In this document: piece after piece, positions 9,844-20,653 of the stretch
How the letters are laid out: the number at the start of each line of letters is the position of its first letter
How positions within the stretch are numbered: position 1 is the stretch's first letter
DNA from: an uncultured Candidatus Saccharibacteria bacterium
GTDB lineage: Bacteria; Patescibacteriota; WWE3; UBA101185; UBA10185
Direction of reading: 5' to 3'
DNA: 64,000 nt
NCBI GenBank assembly: GCA_964643995.1
Contig: CAZXUJ010000001.1
Location: 209,492 to 273,491 of the forward strand
Notes under the pieces: model-generated
What the model was told of the DNA's origin: nothing
The model's input: only the letters and a program-made list of their open reading frames with translations
Databases searched by the model: none
Made by a program: the position numbers and the translations under genes

Positions 9844-11377
9844 ATATGCGCCAGTATTCTAGGCCCTCCATATAAACAATAGAGTCCAAAGTAAACTTAG
9901 TATCACTTTTTGGCACATTTTCAGGCAAAGTTTCATTTACACCCAAAATCAGCAAGTCATACTTTTTAGTGCCGCTCTCTCTGATATCGAACACACGAGA
10001 GTTCATATAAATAGTACGTATAGGTTTGGTGTCAATAAAGCCTAATGTCGGATAGTCTCCATATTTACTTAAAATGTGTTCTTTTAGAGACGGAATACCC
10101 ATACCAAAAGGTTTTTGACCAACGACTCTGTTTGCGGCTACAGGATCTTTGAATAAGGGGCTGGTGTATAGAAAATAGTACGGAAAATAGCTAAACAAAG
10201 GTACGGCTACTAGCACTGTCAAAAGCAAAGTTACCAAGGGTTTGCGCAAATAAGTGAAATATCCATATGTTGCAAGTAAAACAATAGGAGGAAAGACCGG
10301 TAATATGTATCTATCAAGTTTTTTTGAAGAGTAGGTCATGACCAACAGGTACCCAACATAGAAGATCATTAGAAAAACTGGAAGGTTTGGTGTGAAAAAC
10401 TCTTTAATTTTATGCCCCCGAAGTAGCCCGCGCAAACCTAAGACTGAGCCCAATGCTAGAACTGGTGAAAGTTTGAGTAGCAAGATAATAAAATAAAACA
10501 AGGGTCCGGGATTTTCAGAAACTTTTCCAAAGAAAATTTGACTATGTCCATCACGCAAACCTATTCTACTTGCTTCACTAAAGATTTCAGTCAGAATATA
10601 CACTGGAGAAGTCCACAATGCCGGAAACACTAAAAACAAGCCAAGGAGCATTGATATGAGTAAGATTACCAAATTTTTGTAGGAACCTCTGCGAACATAA
10701 ATAACATAACACAGATAAAATATCGAATATAGTATTGCGCCAACAGCTATACTTTTGGTCAAAAAACTTAAAGCAAGAAGGAGCCCAGCCAAGACAAAAT
10801 AAATCCTATTCATCGTTTCCCCTGCAACATATGTTGCAAGTAAACCACAAAACATAAGTAGGGACAGTAGTATATCAAGGTGTAATATACGTGAATTTCC
10901 TAAAAAAAAGGGTTCAAGGGACAAAAGTGAGATTGCCGCTAAAGAGTACAAGAGTGGGTGATCTAGTCCCTTAAGTTTTAAAATAGTGTTAAGAAGGTAA
11001 ACAATAAGCAAGCTGAGTATATAATGTGCAAATATCAGGACCACCTTTGAAACTGTATGAAAGAGTAAAAAATTTTCGTGATTGTATGTTTCATGCCCCG
11101 GAACCAACTGCTTTACAAACTCCACTGAAACTCCAGTAAGCCACATAAGGGTAACACCTGGGTGGTAGTGTTGATAGGTTTTTTCGAGCTGACCAGTTTT
11201 CAAGCCAACAATGAACTGTTCGCTCCTATAGTGCCAATTTACAGCATCGGGATTAATCTCATCGGTACCAAGCAGGGGTAATCTAACAAGAAAAAATGCT
11301 ATGGTGAAGAGAAATATGACAATTAGTGTGGATTTATTAAGAGCTATCTTTTTCAAAAACATAAAAAACACCACCAA
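9827..11377 (-). CDS. Large polytopic membrane protein, GT-C-like glycosyltransferase candidate (paralog B of 6693..8321)
   Basis: The 516 aa protein carries YQHYHPGVTLMWL and KKLDRYILPVFP, matching the motifs of 6693..8321, so the two are clear paralogs. Confidence 0.55.
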   Translation of the reverse strand: MVVFFMFLKKIALNKSTLIVIFLFTIAFFLVRLPLLGTDEINPDAVNWHYRSEQFIVGLKTGQLEKTYQHYHPGVTLMWLTGVSVEFVKQLVPGHETYNHENFLLFHTVSKVVLIFAHYILSLLIVYLLNTILKLKGLDHPLLYSLAAISLLSLEPFFLGNSRILHLDILLSLLMFCGLLATYVAGETMNRIYFVLAGLLLALSFLTKSIAVGAILYSIFYLCYVIYVRRGSYKNLVILLISMLLGLFLVFPALWTSPVYILTEIFSEASRIGLRDGHSQIFFGKVSENPGPLFYFIILLLKLSPVLALGSVLGLRGLLRGHKIKEFFTPNLPVFLMIFYVGYLLVMTYSSKKLDRYILPVFPPIVLLATYGYFTYLRKPLVTLLLTVLVAVPLFSYFPYYFLYTSPLFKDPVAANRVVGQKPFGMGIPSLKEHILSKYGDYPTLGFIDTKPIRTIYMNSRVFDIRESGTKKYDLLILGVNETLPENVPKSDTKFTLDSIVYMEGLEYWRIYVKEN

Positions 11378-12272
11378 GAAGACTAACTAGTAGTCTGAGT
11401 AAATGATATATAATCGAGGCACTCAGTGCTAGCTCCGAAGAAACACCCACTACCTGGAAAAGTTTTATATATAAGGCATCCTGCACACCAACTCCATTTA
11501 GAGAAGGGATGAAAAAACTGGCCATTGTTATCACGGGTAATACAAGTAAAGCATAAGAAAACGACAGATCAATACCCAAAGCCCTAAATATAAAGTATTG
11601 TGTAAAAATACTCATAAACTGAACCAAAAATGAGGTTAAAAATGCCCATAGAAGTACACTATATTTAAATCGATACAAAATCAGGGCATCGTAGAGCTTG
11701 CCAAGTTTAACTGATCTTTTTGATAAAGTTTTGAAACATATAAAACCCACGACAGCACCAAACCAAAAACCAAGAAACAAAAGAAATTTTAAACCGATTA
11801 ACCAAGGTGTATTGCTCGAAACTGATTCAGGAAGTAAAGCTATCCAAAAATCTAGCGTGTTTAGTAAACCATAATAGGAAATAAGAACAAGGGCAATTAT
11901 CCCTGAGAACCTTTCCATAAAGGTTGCTATAAAAGCATTTGTTTTGCTTTTTATAAGAGTGCCGAGCTTAAACACTTTATATACATCTCCACCAATACTG
12001 GTAGGCATAAAATTGTTAAAAAAGGCACCTATGAGGTAGAGAGAGATCAATTTTTTAATGGTAACGTCGTCTGTGTTTTCAAATATTAGTAACTTTTTCC
12101 AACGAATCGAACTGATGACGTAATTGCCAATAAGGAAGGTAATTATCAGTGGAACATATTTGGTGTCTAGGAGTTTGAGATTTTGAACCAGTTGAGCGAG
12201 ATCAATTTGCAATAATATGATACTGAATAAGGCTACACTAACTGTAATTTTTATAAGTGTTTTTTTGTTCAT
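11337..12272 (-). CDS. Flippase-like membrane protein (LPG_synthase_TM / UPF0104-like)
   Basis: The 311 aa protein has 7-8 TM helices. Its N-terminus LLQIDLAQLVQNLKLLDTKYVPLIITFLIGNYVISSIRWKKLL follows the pattern of the MprF-type flippase domain often encoded beside GT2 genes. Confidence 0.5.
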   Translation of the reverse strand: MNKKTLIKITVSVALFSIILLQIDLAQLVQNLKLLDTKYVPLIITFLIGNYVISSIRWKKLLIFENTDDVTIKKLISLYLIGAFFNNFMPTSIGGDVYKVFKLGTLIKSKTNAFIATFMERFSGIIALVLISYYGLLNTLDFWIALLPESVSSNTPWLIGLKFLLFLGFWFGAVVGFICFKTLSKRSVKLGKLYDALILYRFKYSVLLWAFLTSFLVQFMSIFTQYFIFRALGIDLSFSYALLVLPVITMASFFIPSLNGVGVQDALYIKLFQVVGVSSELALSASIIYHLLRLLVSLLGGVFYVFEKDSS

Positions 12273-13735
12273 TTTCGTAATTTCAACTTTGTTAATAGCG
12301 CATGTAAATCTTCGACAGTTAAAAACTTTGCTACATAGGCCGAGAGAATATAGGTACCAACCAGAACTGCAAAAGCAAACGCCTTCAGAAATATATTGTC
12401 TAGCTTACCCCCTTGCATTATCACGTAAGCTTGCAAGAGCATCAATATATGAGGCACACCTAGATAAACAAATTTCAAACGCACTTGCGAGGATATAACA
12501 AGTACCAATAAACCAACCAGTGAACCCGCCAATAATGAGTAAGTCATTGCAAGTAGGTTATCGTAATCCATAAAACGAGTTACATAAAGATATCCAGAAA
12601 TGGTTACACCAAGCATTAGTACATAAGCAGTCATGATTTCCCACACATATTTCGCTGGGATGAAAACACTAGATTTAATGATGTTTGTTAAACCATAAAA
12701 TATGAAAGTAAAAATCAGCGGGATCATCAGTGTAATGGATTCATTGTAAATAAGGTTGTTACCCACAAATATATATACGAGCTCACGCGACCAAAAGATT
12801 GCACCAATGGCGGAAAGTAGCATAAAAACAAATATTTTGTTTAGATTCTGAGAAAAAAGAGTTTTAAACTCATCCAAATTGTGAGCAAAAGAATCCGATA
12901 ATATTGGTAAATTTACATCCGTAACAGCATCTGAAATATGCATCAATTTTTTCGCAAAGAGAAAAGCGAACGAAAATATCGCAACTTGTTCTGTAGATAC
13001 ATCAAGTCCTAGCAAAAGTGTTCCTGATTTCTCCCACTGTGTTAATAGTATTTTTACGAAATAGATAGCAAAAAGTATAGAAAAAAGTTCTTTGGAAATA
13101 CGTAATATATCATCCTTAGAAGGAAACTCCAACCGACCCTGCAATGGTTTGAAGGCTATAAAACCTAAAACCACTGTGCTAATAACTTCAAAGGCAAGAA
13201 ATGCATAGAAAAATCCCAAAATGCCCAAATAGTAAACCAAGGGTATATATATTATAACACTTACAATCGTGATACCAGACTGGTATAAAAACAAATAATT
13301 AAACCTTTTGGTTCCAGACACTACAGAGTTCATTAAACCCTTTATTCCCTGGATTAACAACACAATCGCGTAGATCTTAATTGGTAAAACCAGCACTTGC
13401 TGAGAGTACTGACCTACAGCCAAATTTTCAGCTGAAAAAAATAAGAAAAGGGCAACGGGCACGGACACCAGATATCGAATCAATACTGATGTAACAAAAA
13501 TTTTGAATATTTCAGTGTCGTTTTCAGCTGTGGATATTTCACGAGTACTGCCAGACGACAAACCTAAATGTTGGTAAATCCCAAATGCACCGCCGATTGC
13601 CATACCAATTTGAATAATGCCCCAATCAGACGGAGAAAGTAATCGAATGATGAAAAATGTCTGAAACAGTCCAACACCCATTGCTATTAAACGTGAGATT
13701 AAACTAACTATTTGCCATTTTAAAAGGTTTTTCAC
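12269..13735 (-). CDS. Polysaccharide biosynthesis protein / Wzx-like (MOP superfamily) flippase
   Basis: The protein is 488 aa with about 12-14 TM helices and sits in a glycan cluster. The call rests on topology and size. Confidence 0.5.
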   Translation of the reverse strand: MKNLLKWQIVSLISRLIAMGVGLFQTFFIIRLLSPSDWGIIQIGMAIGGAFGIYQHLGLSSGSTREISTAENDTEIFKIFVTSVLIRYLVSVPVALFLFFSAENLAVGQYSQQVLVLPIKIYAIVLLIQGIKGLMNSVVSGTKRFNYLFLYQSGITIVSVIIYIPLVYYLGILGFFYAFLAFEVISTVVLGFIAFKPLQGRLEFPSKDDILRISKELFSILFAIYFVKILLTQWEKSGTLLLGLDVSTEQVAIFSFAFLFAKKLMHISDAVTDVNLPILSDSFAHNLDEFKTLFSQNLNKIFVFMLLSAIGAIFWSRELVYIFVGNNLIYNESITLMIPLIFTFIFYGLTNIIKSSVFIPAKYVWEIMTAYVLMLGVTISGYLYVTRFMDYDNLLAMTYSLLAGSLVGLLVLVISSQVRLKFVYLGVPHILMLLQAYVIMQGGKLDNIFLKAFAFAVLVGTYILSAYVAKFLTVEDLHALLTKLKLRK

Positions 13736-13751
13736 GGGCTTAATTATACTA

Positions 13752-15893
13752 TTATTCTATAGTAATATCACCAAGATATATGCTACGAGTGCGAATATTA
13801 TTCGTCATTCCAATAAATGCTTTGTAGTTTCCCGCGTCCAAAAATTCGGGTAAAACAATTGTGACATCTTCTAAATAATATCGGTCTTCGCGCCAATTGC
13901 GTAACTGGTTCAGAGAGAAAGAAGGAAGATTCGCCATCTGGTATAACTCACCGGTTTTGTTGTTTACAAAGCTTGTGAACAGTACATAGTCATCAAGTCT
14001 TTCTTCTTCTCGTTTTACATATACGAACTTAGCAACATTTGTAGTACCACGTACTATTTTTTGAGGGAATGTGTAGTCAACAACCGTTAAGGATTCAAAT
14101 ATTTCTAAATTAACCTTTTCTTCATAATCGAAACTTTCCTGCAAGGGCAACAAAATAGATTTTTCATGCTGGCCGATTCTTTTGAAGACAAAAAGATTTC
14201 CACAACCAAGCTTAAGTTCATAATCAGGATTTTTTATCATATCAGCCACTACGTCACGCACGATCGTGACATCTAGATCCAGTATCCTAAGAATTTTTTG
14301 TGAAAAAACATCAACAATAACGTAATCTGCATCCTTGTATAAAGCAGGGAATATTGCATAGGTTTCGCGCAAAGCAAGATGAGCACCCAAATAATCAGGA
14401 CCAGAAATAGATGCTTCTCCAGGAATGATATCTATAACCTTTAATGCGCACTCACGATCTTTATTATCCAATGCAGAAAGTTTGAAGCGGTCACCAATTG
14501 CAATATCACTCTTTAAACCTACTTCGAGATCTTCTTTTGCGAAAACCTGCAGACGCTTTTGTACAGCCTGCTGAAGCCACAAATAAACCGGGTTTTCATA
14601 TGCGAATGTAGCCCTTACATTTGCCACTAAAAAGACTGTCAAAAAGATATAGGCTATATACGATTTTTTAAGTTTAAATTTTCTGCTAGTAAGTAAGTGT
14701 GTATATTCTGAGAGCATGTGTATGCCATAAATGCTGGCTAAAAATAACACAGGAATGATCATAGAAATACGGTGGTTTATAATTTCAGAAGTACCGATAC
14801 CACCTTCGGTAGTGGAATAGTTTATAAGAAAGTCAGGAAAAGCCATGGCGAAAATTATAGGGTTTAGAAAAGGAGCATATCCCACTGGTTCAAGTGTCTG
14901 ACGCAAATTATCTATCTTATCACCACCAAAAACTACCCTCACCAATTCTTTAGGATTACTCAACATCCCAACAACAACCTCTGTGTATGTGTCACCAAAA
15001 GCCTCATAACGACTAATGAAATAATTGGGGCTTTGTACATCCCGAGCTACAGATGTATCAAGTTCGATCGTCTCTGCAAATTTCTGGAAACTATCTACTC
15101 TATAATGGGCAAACGCTGGTATCAAGACAGAAAATGCTAAAAAGAACCACACAGCCCCAACTAGCATCATGACCACACCAAGCTGCACATTCTTGTAAAC
15201 TACCAGGGACTTCAACCACGATAAATAGTTCTTTTTTGGAAAAAGCACCTCAGCAGGCATACGACAACACAATACATAAAAACCAAAAACAAAAACATAC
15301 AGGGGTAATTGCTCTTTACCCATCATTGTCAGAATTAAGAAAATCCAAAATAATATAAGATTTTTTGTGGTATAAGAGTTATGAGAGTGCATATACTCAA
15401 AGATGTAGAACGCAATCAAAAAGAAAGGTATAACCGCTGTAACACCATGAAAACCGGTCCATGCATTTAGAAAACCCACCGCAGGATAAAACAGATAAGC
15501 TAACCCTACAAGAAAACCCGCGATTGCAGAATCAAACTTCTCCTTAGCAATCTTGTATAAAATAACAGATACACTCAAAACTAGAACTACTTGAGCAAAC
15601 ACTAATGTTAACGCGTGCTGATAAAGTGCAAATACAGGAACAAACACAAGTAATATAGGATCTACATGACTCATGGCCCAACGAGGAATGTTGGCTCCAA
15701 AGTAATCGGTTAAATACAGTGGCTTGCCATGAAGGGTGTACCAGACCATTTGGGTCATATTTCCCAGGTCAAATTTTCCATAATCAAAATTGTTATAGCG
15801 AAAGATATTTATTCTGGCAGTGACCAGAAACAACCCACAAGCGAAAAGGATAAGGACTATTAATAAAACATTGTTACGAAACCATGCTCTCAT
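13752..15893 (-). CDS. Large polytopic membrane protein, DUF2079-like (putative GT-C type transferase)
   Basis: The 713 aa protein has an N-terminal NNFDYGKFDLGNMTQMVWYTLHGKP motif resembling the DUF2079 FDLGIFDQ..W signature, more than 10 TM helices, and a roughly 300 aa C-terminal extracytoplasmic domain. Confidence 0.4.
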   Translation of the reverse strand: MRAWFRNNVLLIVLILFACGLFLVTARINIFRYNNFDYGKFDLGNMTQMVWYTLHGKPLYLTDYFGANIPRWAMSHVDPILLVFVPVFALYQHALTLVFAQVVLVLSVSVILYKIAKEKFDSAIAGFLVGLAYLFYPAVGFLNAWTGFHGVTAVIPFFLIAFYIFEYMHSHNSYTTKNLILFWIFLILTMMGKEQLPLYVFVFGFYVLCCRMPAEVLFPKKNYLSWLKSLVVYKNVQLGVVMMLVGAVWFFLAFSVLIPAFAHYRVDSFQKFAETIELDTSVARDVQSPNYFISRYEAFGDTYTEVVVGMLSNPKELVRVVFGGDKIDNLRQTLEPVGYAPFLNPIIFAMAFPDFLINYSTTEGGIGTSEIINHRISMIIPVLFLASIYGIHMLSEYTHLLTSRKFKLKKSYIAYIFLTVFLVANVRATFAYENPVYLWLQQAVQKRLQVFAKEDLEVGLKSDIAIGDRFKLSALDNKDRECALKVIDIIPGEASISGPDYLGAHLALRETYAIFPALYKDADYVIVDVFSQKILRILDLDVTIVRDVVADMIKNPDYELKLGCGNLFVFKRIGQHEKSILLPLQESFDYEEKVNLEIFESLTVVDYTFPQKIVRGTTNVAKFVYVKREEERLDDYVLFTSFVNNKTGELYQMANLPSFSLNQLRNWREDRYYLEDVTIVLPEFLDAGNYKAFIGMTNNIRTRSIYLGDITIE

Positions 15894-16597
15894 TTGATAA
15901 ACCTATATTTAAAAAGGGTACCTACAGCAGATAAACCATCGCGCCACGTGAGTTTTTTACCTTCACTATGCAATCTACCTGTATACCGTATGGGCACCTC
16001 CTTGATCTTAATACCTGCTCTTAGTATTTTAGCAGTAATTTCTGGCTCGAAGTCAAATCTGGAGGCCGATATAGTAACATTTCTAACGAAATCACCAGGC
16101 AAAAGTTTATAGCAGGTCTCCATATCGGTTAGAGCCACACCAAAGAGCAGGTTAGTAACCGCAGTGACAAGTTTGTTTCCCATATAATGCAATCCCATCA
16201 TATCTTCATAGGCACCCATAAATCTAGAGCCATATATAACTTTTTTCTCATTCTCCTCTAGTGCGGATATCAATACAGCATAGTCCTCCGGATAATACTC
16301 TAGATCAGCATCCTGAACTATTACGTAATCGCCAGTAGACTGCTTAAATCCATCCCGCAAGGCAAAACCTTTTCCTTCATTCATAGATTTAAATATGAAC
16401 TTTGTGTTGGCAGGCGTTGTTGCCTCCAAATCATGAAGCAAGTTCGTAGTACCATCTGTGGAACAGTCATCTATTATTATTATCTCTTTTTCAATACCTT
16501 TAAGGTCAACGGATAAAACCTTCTCATATATTTGAGAAAACGTATCGCGCTCATTATAAACCGGAACTATAATAGATAGTTTTTTCACTTTGCTCAT
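15890..16597 (-). CDS. GT2 glycosyltransferase, Dpm1/GtrB-like polyprenol-phosphate sugar synthase candidate
   Basis: LSIIVPVYNERDTF, IIDDCSTDGT and DADLEYYPED (DxD) are present, and the 235 aa size fits the class. Confidence 0.75.
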   Translation of the reverse strand: MSKVKKLSIIVPVYNERDTFSQIYEKVLSVDLKGIEKEIIIIDDCSTDGTTNLLHDLEATTPANTKFIFKSMNEGKGFALRDGFKQSTGDYVIVQDADLEYYPEDYAVLISALEENEKKVIYGSRFMGAYEDMMGLHYMGNKLVTAVTNLLFGVALTDMETCYKLLPGDFVRNVTISASRFDFEPEITAKILRAGIKIKEVPIRYTGRLHSEGKKLTWRDGLSAVGTLFKYRFIK

Positions 16598-18210
16598 TAA
16601 TGTCTTTCAAACTTATAAACTTTAGTATTAAATAAGGCACCATTTATATTAGCACTAGTTTCATAAACTTGAGTCAAATATGGTCTCTTATCAATAGAGA
16701 TTGAAAATCCCAGATTATGCTCATTTGTGGCTAATATATAATCAACCTTGTTGGAAAGCAATGAGTCATAAGTTAACTTTTTATCATGAACATCATAGTA
16801 AAACGCCTGTATTCTGTCTTCTTGCTTATGGTCAAGATACCACTCTACAACACTACCGACATCATTGTGAGCAACATTACCTTCAGCGTTCTCCATTAGG
16901 TATATGGAAGCATCCTTAACTGTTCTGTAAAGATCCTTATGTATCCATACAGTTGCAACAAGCCAAATAAACATAGAAATTAAAGTAGTTGAAAAATATA
17001 CTGAAACCCATTTATTGCCAGAACTCTTAAAATTAAGCCTTTGTAGCAACCTTTCAAAGGTAGACTTTTCAAAATAGCTTAAGTACAACGCAAGAATACT
17101 CAAAGCATTGGTAATAAACACTGTGAGAAACAGAGGTTTTATCAGGACCAGCGACTGTAATCGATATATATACTGTCCAAAAAAATAAACGGCAAGGAGG
17201 ATTAAATCAGCTAAAACAAATTTTTTGGCTGAGGAAATGGACATACCAAATACTTTATCAGATACAGAAACGTAAATAACAATAAATAGTGGCACAACTG
17301 CTACGAATAATCTTGGAATTGCTGCGGGCCAAGCCAGTATCAGTAATAGCTCAAGAACAAGAAACACAGAAAAAGCTATATTAGCTTTTAAAAATTTCCA
17401 AACTTCTTTTTTTTGGAAAACCAAAGTTGGGAAGAAAGAGGTGAATCCAAACAAAAATAACAGAGAGATCAAGTATATTAATAGTGTGTTTAGATCATAT
17501 GCACGAGATTTAGGCTCATCAAAATATGACGACGTGAACGGGTTTCTGTAGATAATCCAAGGTAGAAGTGTCAACAAAGTAGTCGACAGGTAAAAAAGAA
17601 TATTCTTCCATGTCTGCTTTAGCAGATTCAATAGATTAGCGATTTTAAGCTGTTCAATGCCTGCTAAAAAGAAAACTCCACAAACCCCCGCGCCGAAAAG
17701 AAGGTAACCCTCAAACCTTGTAAGTATTGCAAGACCAGTAACAACCCCCATTAGCATGAAATTTTTGTAAGTAGGTTTACCTTTCAGTAACAAAAAAAGA
17801 ACAAGAACAAACATTGAAAATACAACGTCTGCCATTATTCTTATAGACCAGTAAAAATATACAGGATTTAAAGTTAACAACAGTAGCCCAAAATTGGTTT
17901 TATACCAGTCTTTTTGGAAAAGCACCATCAAATAGCGATAAAATACATAAAAAATTCCGATACTAACTCCCAACATCTCTAGTCTGCCCCACGTAACTTG
18001 GTCAACAAAGCTAGGACGAATTGCTAATAGTACTGAAAACAAAGGAGGCCGTTTCTCATCCTCTGGGTATGATAAATTTCTCACATATTCGCCAGCACGA
18101 AGAATTCTATAACTGTCACCCCACTCAGCCGCATTAATATTAAAAAAACCAATATGCAAAACCAGTGAAAGAAGAAAAACTAATAGTGTGCCTTTGCTTG
18201 TTCTCAACAT
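16597..18210 (-). CDS. Polytopic membrane protein, GT-C-like glycosyltransferase candidate
   Basis: The 537 aa protein has an N-terminal loop AEWGDSYRILRAGEYVRNLSYPEDEKRPP containing an acidic DE-type motif, many TM helices, and a C-terminal soluble domain. Confidence 0.5.
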   Translation of the reverse strand: MLRTSKGTLLVFLLSLVLHIGFFNINAAEWGDSYRILRAGEYVRNLSYPEDEKRPPLFSVLLAIRPSFVDQVTWGRLEMLGVSIGIFYVFYRYLMVLFQKDWYKTNFGLLLLTLNPVYFYWSIRIMADVVFSMFVLVLFLLLKGKPTYKNFMLMGVVTGLAILTRFEGYLLFGAGVCGVFFLAGIEQLKIANLLNLLKQTWKNILFYLSTTLLTLLPWIIYRNPFTSSYFDEPKSRAYDLNTLLIYLISLLFLFGFTSFFPTLVFQKKEVWKFLKANIAFSVFLVLELLLILAWPAAIPRLFVAVVPLFIVIYVSVSDKVFGMSISSAKKFVLADLILLAVYFFGQYIYRLQSLVLIKPLFLTVFITNALSILALYLSYFEKSTFERLLQRLNFKSSGNKWVSVYFSTTLISMFIWLVATVWIHKDLYRTVKDASIYLMENAEGNVAHNDVGSVVEWYLDHKQEDRIQAFYYDVHDKKLTYDSLLSNKVDYILATNEHNLGFSISIDKRPYLTQVYETSANINGALFNTKVYKFERH

Positions 18211-18211
18211 C

Positions 18212-19456
18212 TTAGTTTGAGATTTTTTCTAAGGCTTTAGCCCTATTCTCGAATGCAAATTTATAGATTTGTTCCAATGCCTGTGCCCTAGTTGACCAAG
18301 AGTAGAGATCTACAAGCTTCGTACGATCAACAAACACAGGTTGTTCCGCTATTTCGAAAATCTTTTTTGCCATGTTTTCAGGATCTAGACTATCTAGGTA
18401 ATAAACACCGGGAATATTTTCTTTCAGTTTGAATGCAGAACCTAGTACGGGAACTCCGCAGGCTATACTTTCTAAAACAACTTTCGGCATTCCTTCAAAA
18501 GAGGAAGGTAAAACAAAAACGTTAGCACCTTGATATAGTATGGGCACTTCTGGGTATGGTTGCGCACCACCAAAAAGCACTCGCGACTCCAGCTTATAAG
18601 TTTTTATCATTAAGTCCAAACGCTCGCTGTATGCCTGATCAGGACGAGGTCCTACAAGAAGTAATTTGTATTTCTCCGGTAGGTACCTTAGTGCCTCGAT
18701 TATTAGGTGAACATTTTTTCGTTCAACCAACATTCCAAGGTTAAGTATCAACTTGTCTTGAGGATCAATTCCCAAATCGTTATGCACATTGTCACGTTCT
18801 ACTGCCCCCATGGGTTTGAAAAGGTCTGGGTTAACACCGCTTTCTACAACGAAGCACTTGTTTGGATCTGCACCATAATAAGTTATAGCTTCTTGCATTA
18901 TCTCTTCACTAACAAAAACAAGCGCATCAGCGACTTTAACGGCTAACTTGTCAGACTTTAATGCCAATGGCCAATCCAAGTATTTCGAAATTGTGGTCAC
19001 GTTTTTACTGGCCGCGTCCATTTTTTTCCAGCGCCCTTCTACAGTGTTATGGAAATGAACAACCAATGGTATCTTTAGTTCTTGAGATTTTCTAAAGAAA
19101 TTGGTTAAGAAGTCTCTATAAAGATAAATCCAGAAACCGAAATGGCCATGACTATGTATCAACTCCACATCTGTATGTGTCATTCTCCAAAATATGTAGC
19201 GTAGGAGTAACAAAGGGGCAATAGTCACGAGAATTGTCCCTTTAGCAGGCTCTCTAAATGGCAATGAGGAGTTTCCCAAAAAATGAAGGAGCTTTACGCC
19301 TTCGGGCTCTTCAGGAGTCCCATTAAATGGCCAACGTCCAGAATAAATATAGAAAGTGTGGCCAAGTTTGAGTTGTGCACGAGTAAGTTCAAATGGATGT
19401 GGCACAAGACCTTCCCATGGAGGAGGCCACTCATAACATATTCTAAGGATTTTCAT
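18212..19456 (-). CDS. GT4 glycosyltransferase
   Basis: The C-terminus FVLPSSFEGMPKVVLESIACGVPVLGS matches the GT4 family. The ORF is 414 aa. Confidence 0.7.
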   Translation of the reverse strand: MKILRICYEWPPPWEGLVPHPFELTRAQLKLGHTFYIYSGRWPFNGTPEEPEGVKLLHFLGNSSLPFREPAKGTILVTIAPLLLLRYIFWRMTHTDVELIHSHGHFGFWIYLYRDFLTNFFRKSQELKIPLVVHFHNTVEGRWKKMDAASKNVTTISKYLDWPLALKSDKLAVKVADALVFVSEEIMQEAITYYGADPNKCFVVESGVNPDLFKPMGAVERDNVHNDLGIDPQDKLILNLGMLVERKNVHLIIEALRYLPEKYKLLLVGPRPDQAYSERLDLMIKTYKLESRVLFGGAQPYPEVPILYQGANVFVLPSSFEGMPKVVLESIACGVPVLGSAFKLKENIPGVYYLDSLDPENMAKKIFEIAEQPVFVDRTKLVDLYSWSTRAQALEQIYKFAFENRAKALEKISN

Positions 19457-20645
19457 CTAGTACCTCCTTTATAACCTGTAGATATTTATTGACCATAACA
19501 TGCTCGGTAAAATCTTGTTCAGCTAATAGTCTAGCATTTTTGCCCATTTGTTCTCTCATAACGGGGTCTTTGATTAAGTCGACCAACTTTTCTTGTAAAG
19601 CTGATTTGCTCCCCGATGGTATCAGATAGCCCGTCTGCCCATCGCGTACAGCATCTGAGTTACCACCTACATCTGTTGCTATAACAGGTAGTCCAGCAAA
19701 CATTGCTTCAATCAAAACCATTGGCAACCCTTCTATCCTAATTGAAGGAAGTAAAAATATATCGGCGGTAAGCATAGCATTCATTGCGACCTCATGGGAT
19801 ACTTTGCCTAACAGCTTTACTCTTTCACCAAGGCTAAACTCTTGTATTTTCTGGGAAAGGGAGTTCATATCTTCCCCATCGCCTATGACGGTCATATTCC
19901 ATGGCAACTCTTTCAGATTGGCCAAAACATCTATTAACAAGAATAATCCTTTTGCGCGTATCACCCGACCTACATATAGTAGTTCTGTGACTACGTTTGG
20001 CTTTTTTGATGAAAGATTGGTTTGTGTAAGCACCGATTTTATACCGTTGTTTATAACGACAATTCTAGACTCTTGAACAAATGTTTCATCTACAAGAGCG
20101 CTCTTTACAGCAGAAGATACTGCAATAATTTTGTCTGAACCATGAATAAACTCGCGCTGTGTAAAAAAGAAGGCGTACAGAACATGTGGAACATCAATGG
20201 CCAAGTTAATAACTTCCTTTATAGAAGATAGACTTCTCAAACGACTCAAGAACTCGCCCATTTTAGAACCATGTGAAATTGAGATAATCTTTAGATTAAT
20301 GGTTTTTTTATGTTGCAACAAACCTAACCCAGATGAGCTCTGGCATAGTACAATATCAAATGTAGTTTTGTTGTGATCTTCAAGAAAATACTCGTACGAT
20401 TTATAGCGCCAGTCATTATTTTGCCACTTATGCAGTAAGCTAAATTTTTTAAAAACACATGGCACAAAAATATATCTAACTGCATTCTCGGTAGTATTAA
20501 CCTCTCTAAGTTCTTTTGCTGGAGAATAGACGTAGACCACATGTCCTAAACTAGCTAAACTCTCTACTAAAACCTTGTTTTGCGTTTCCATACCACCAAA
20601 AGATTTATGAAAATGTGTATTCTTGATAAAAACTGCTATATGCAT
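19443..20645 (-). CDS. GT4 glycosyltransferase
   Basis: FLLPSIRIEGLPMVLIEAMFAGLPVIATDVGGNSDAVRDGQTGYL is a canonical GT4 EX7E region. Confidence 0.8.
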   Translation of the reverse strand: MHIAVFIKNTHFHKSFGGMETQNKVLVESLASLGHVVYVYSPAKELREVNTTENAVRYIFVPCVFKKFSLLHKWQNNDWRYKSYEYFLEDHNKTTFDIVLCQSSSGLGLLQHKKTINLKIISISHGSKMGEFLSRLRSLSSIKEVINLAIDVPHVLYAFFFTQREFIHGSDKIIAVSSAVKSALVDETFVQESRIVVINNGIKSVLTQTNLSSKKPNVVTELLYVGRVIRAKGLFLLIDVLANLKELPWNMTVIGDGEDMNSLSQKIQEFSLGERVKLLGKVSHEVAMNAMLTADIFLLPSIRIEGLPMVLIEAMFAGLPVIATDVGGNSDAVRDGQTGYLIPSGSKSALQEKLVDLIKDPVMREQMGKNARLLAEQDFTEHVMVNKYLQVIKEVLDENP

Positions 20646-20653
20646 ACTTAGGC

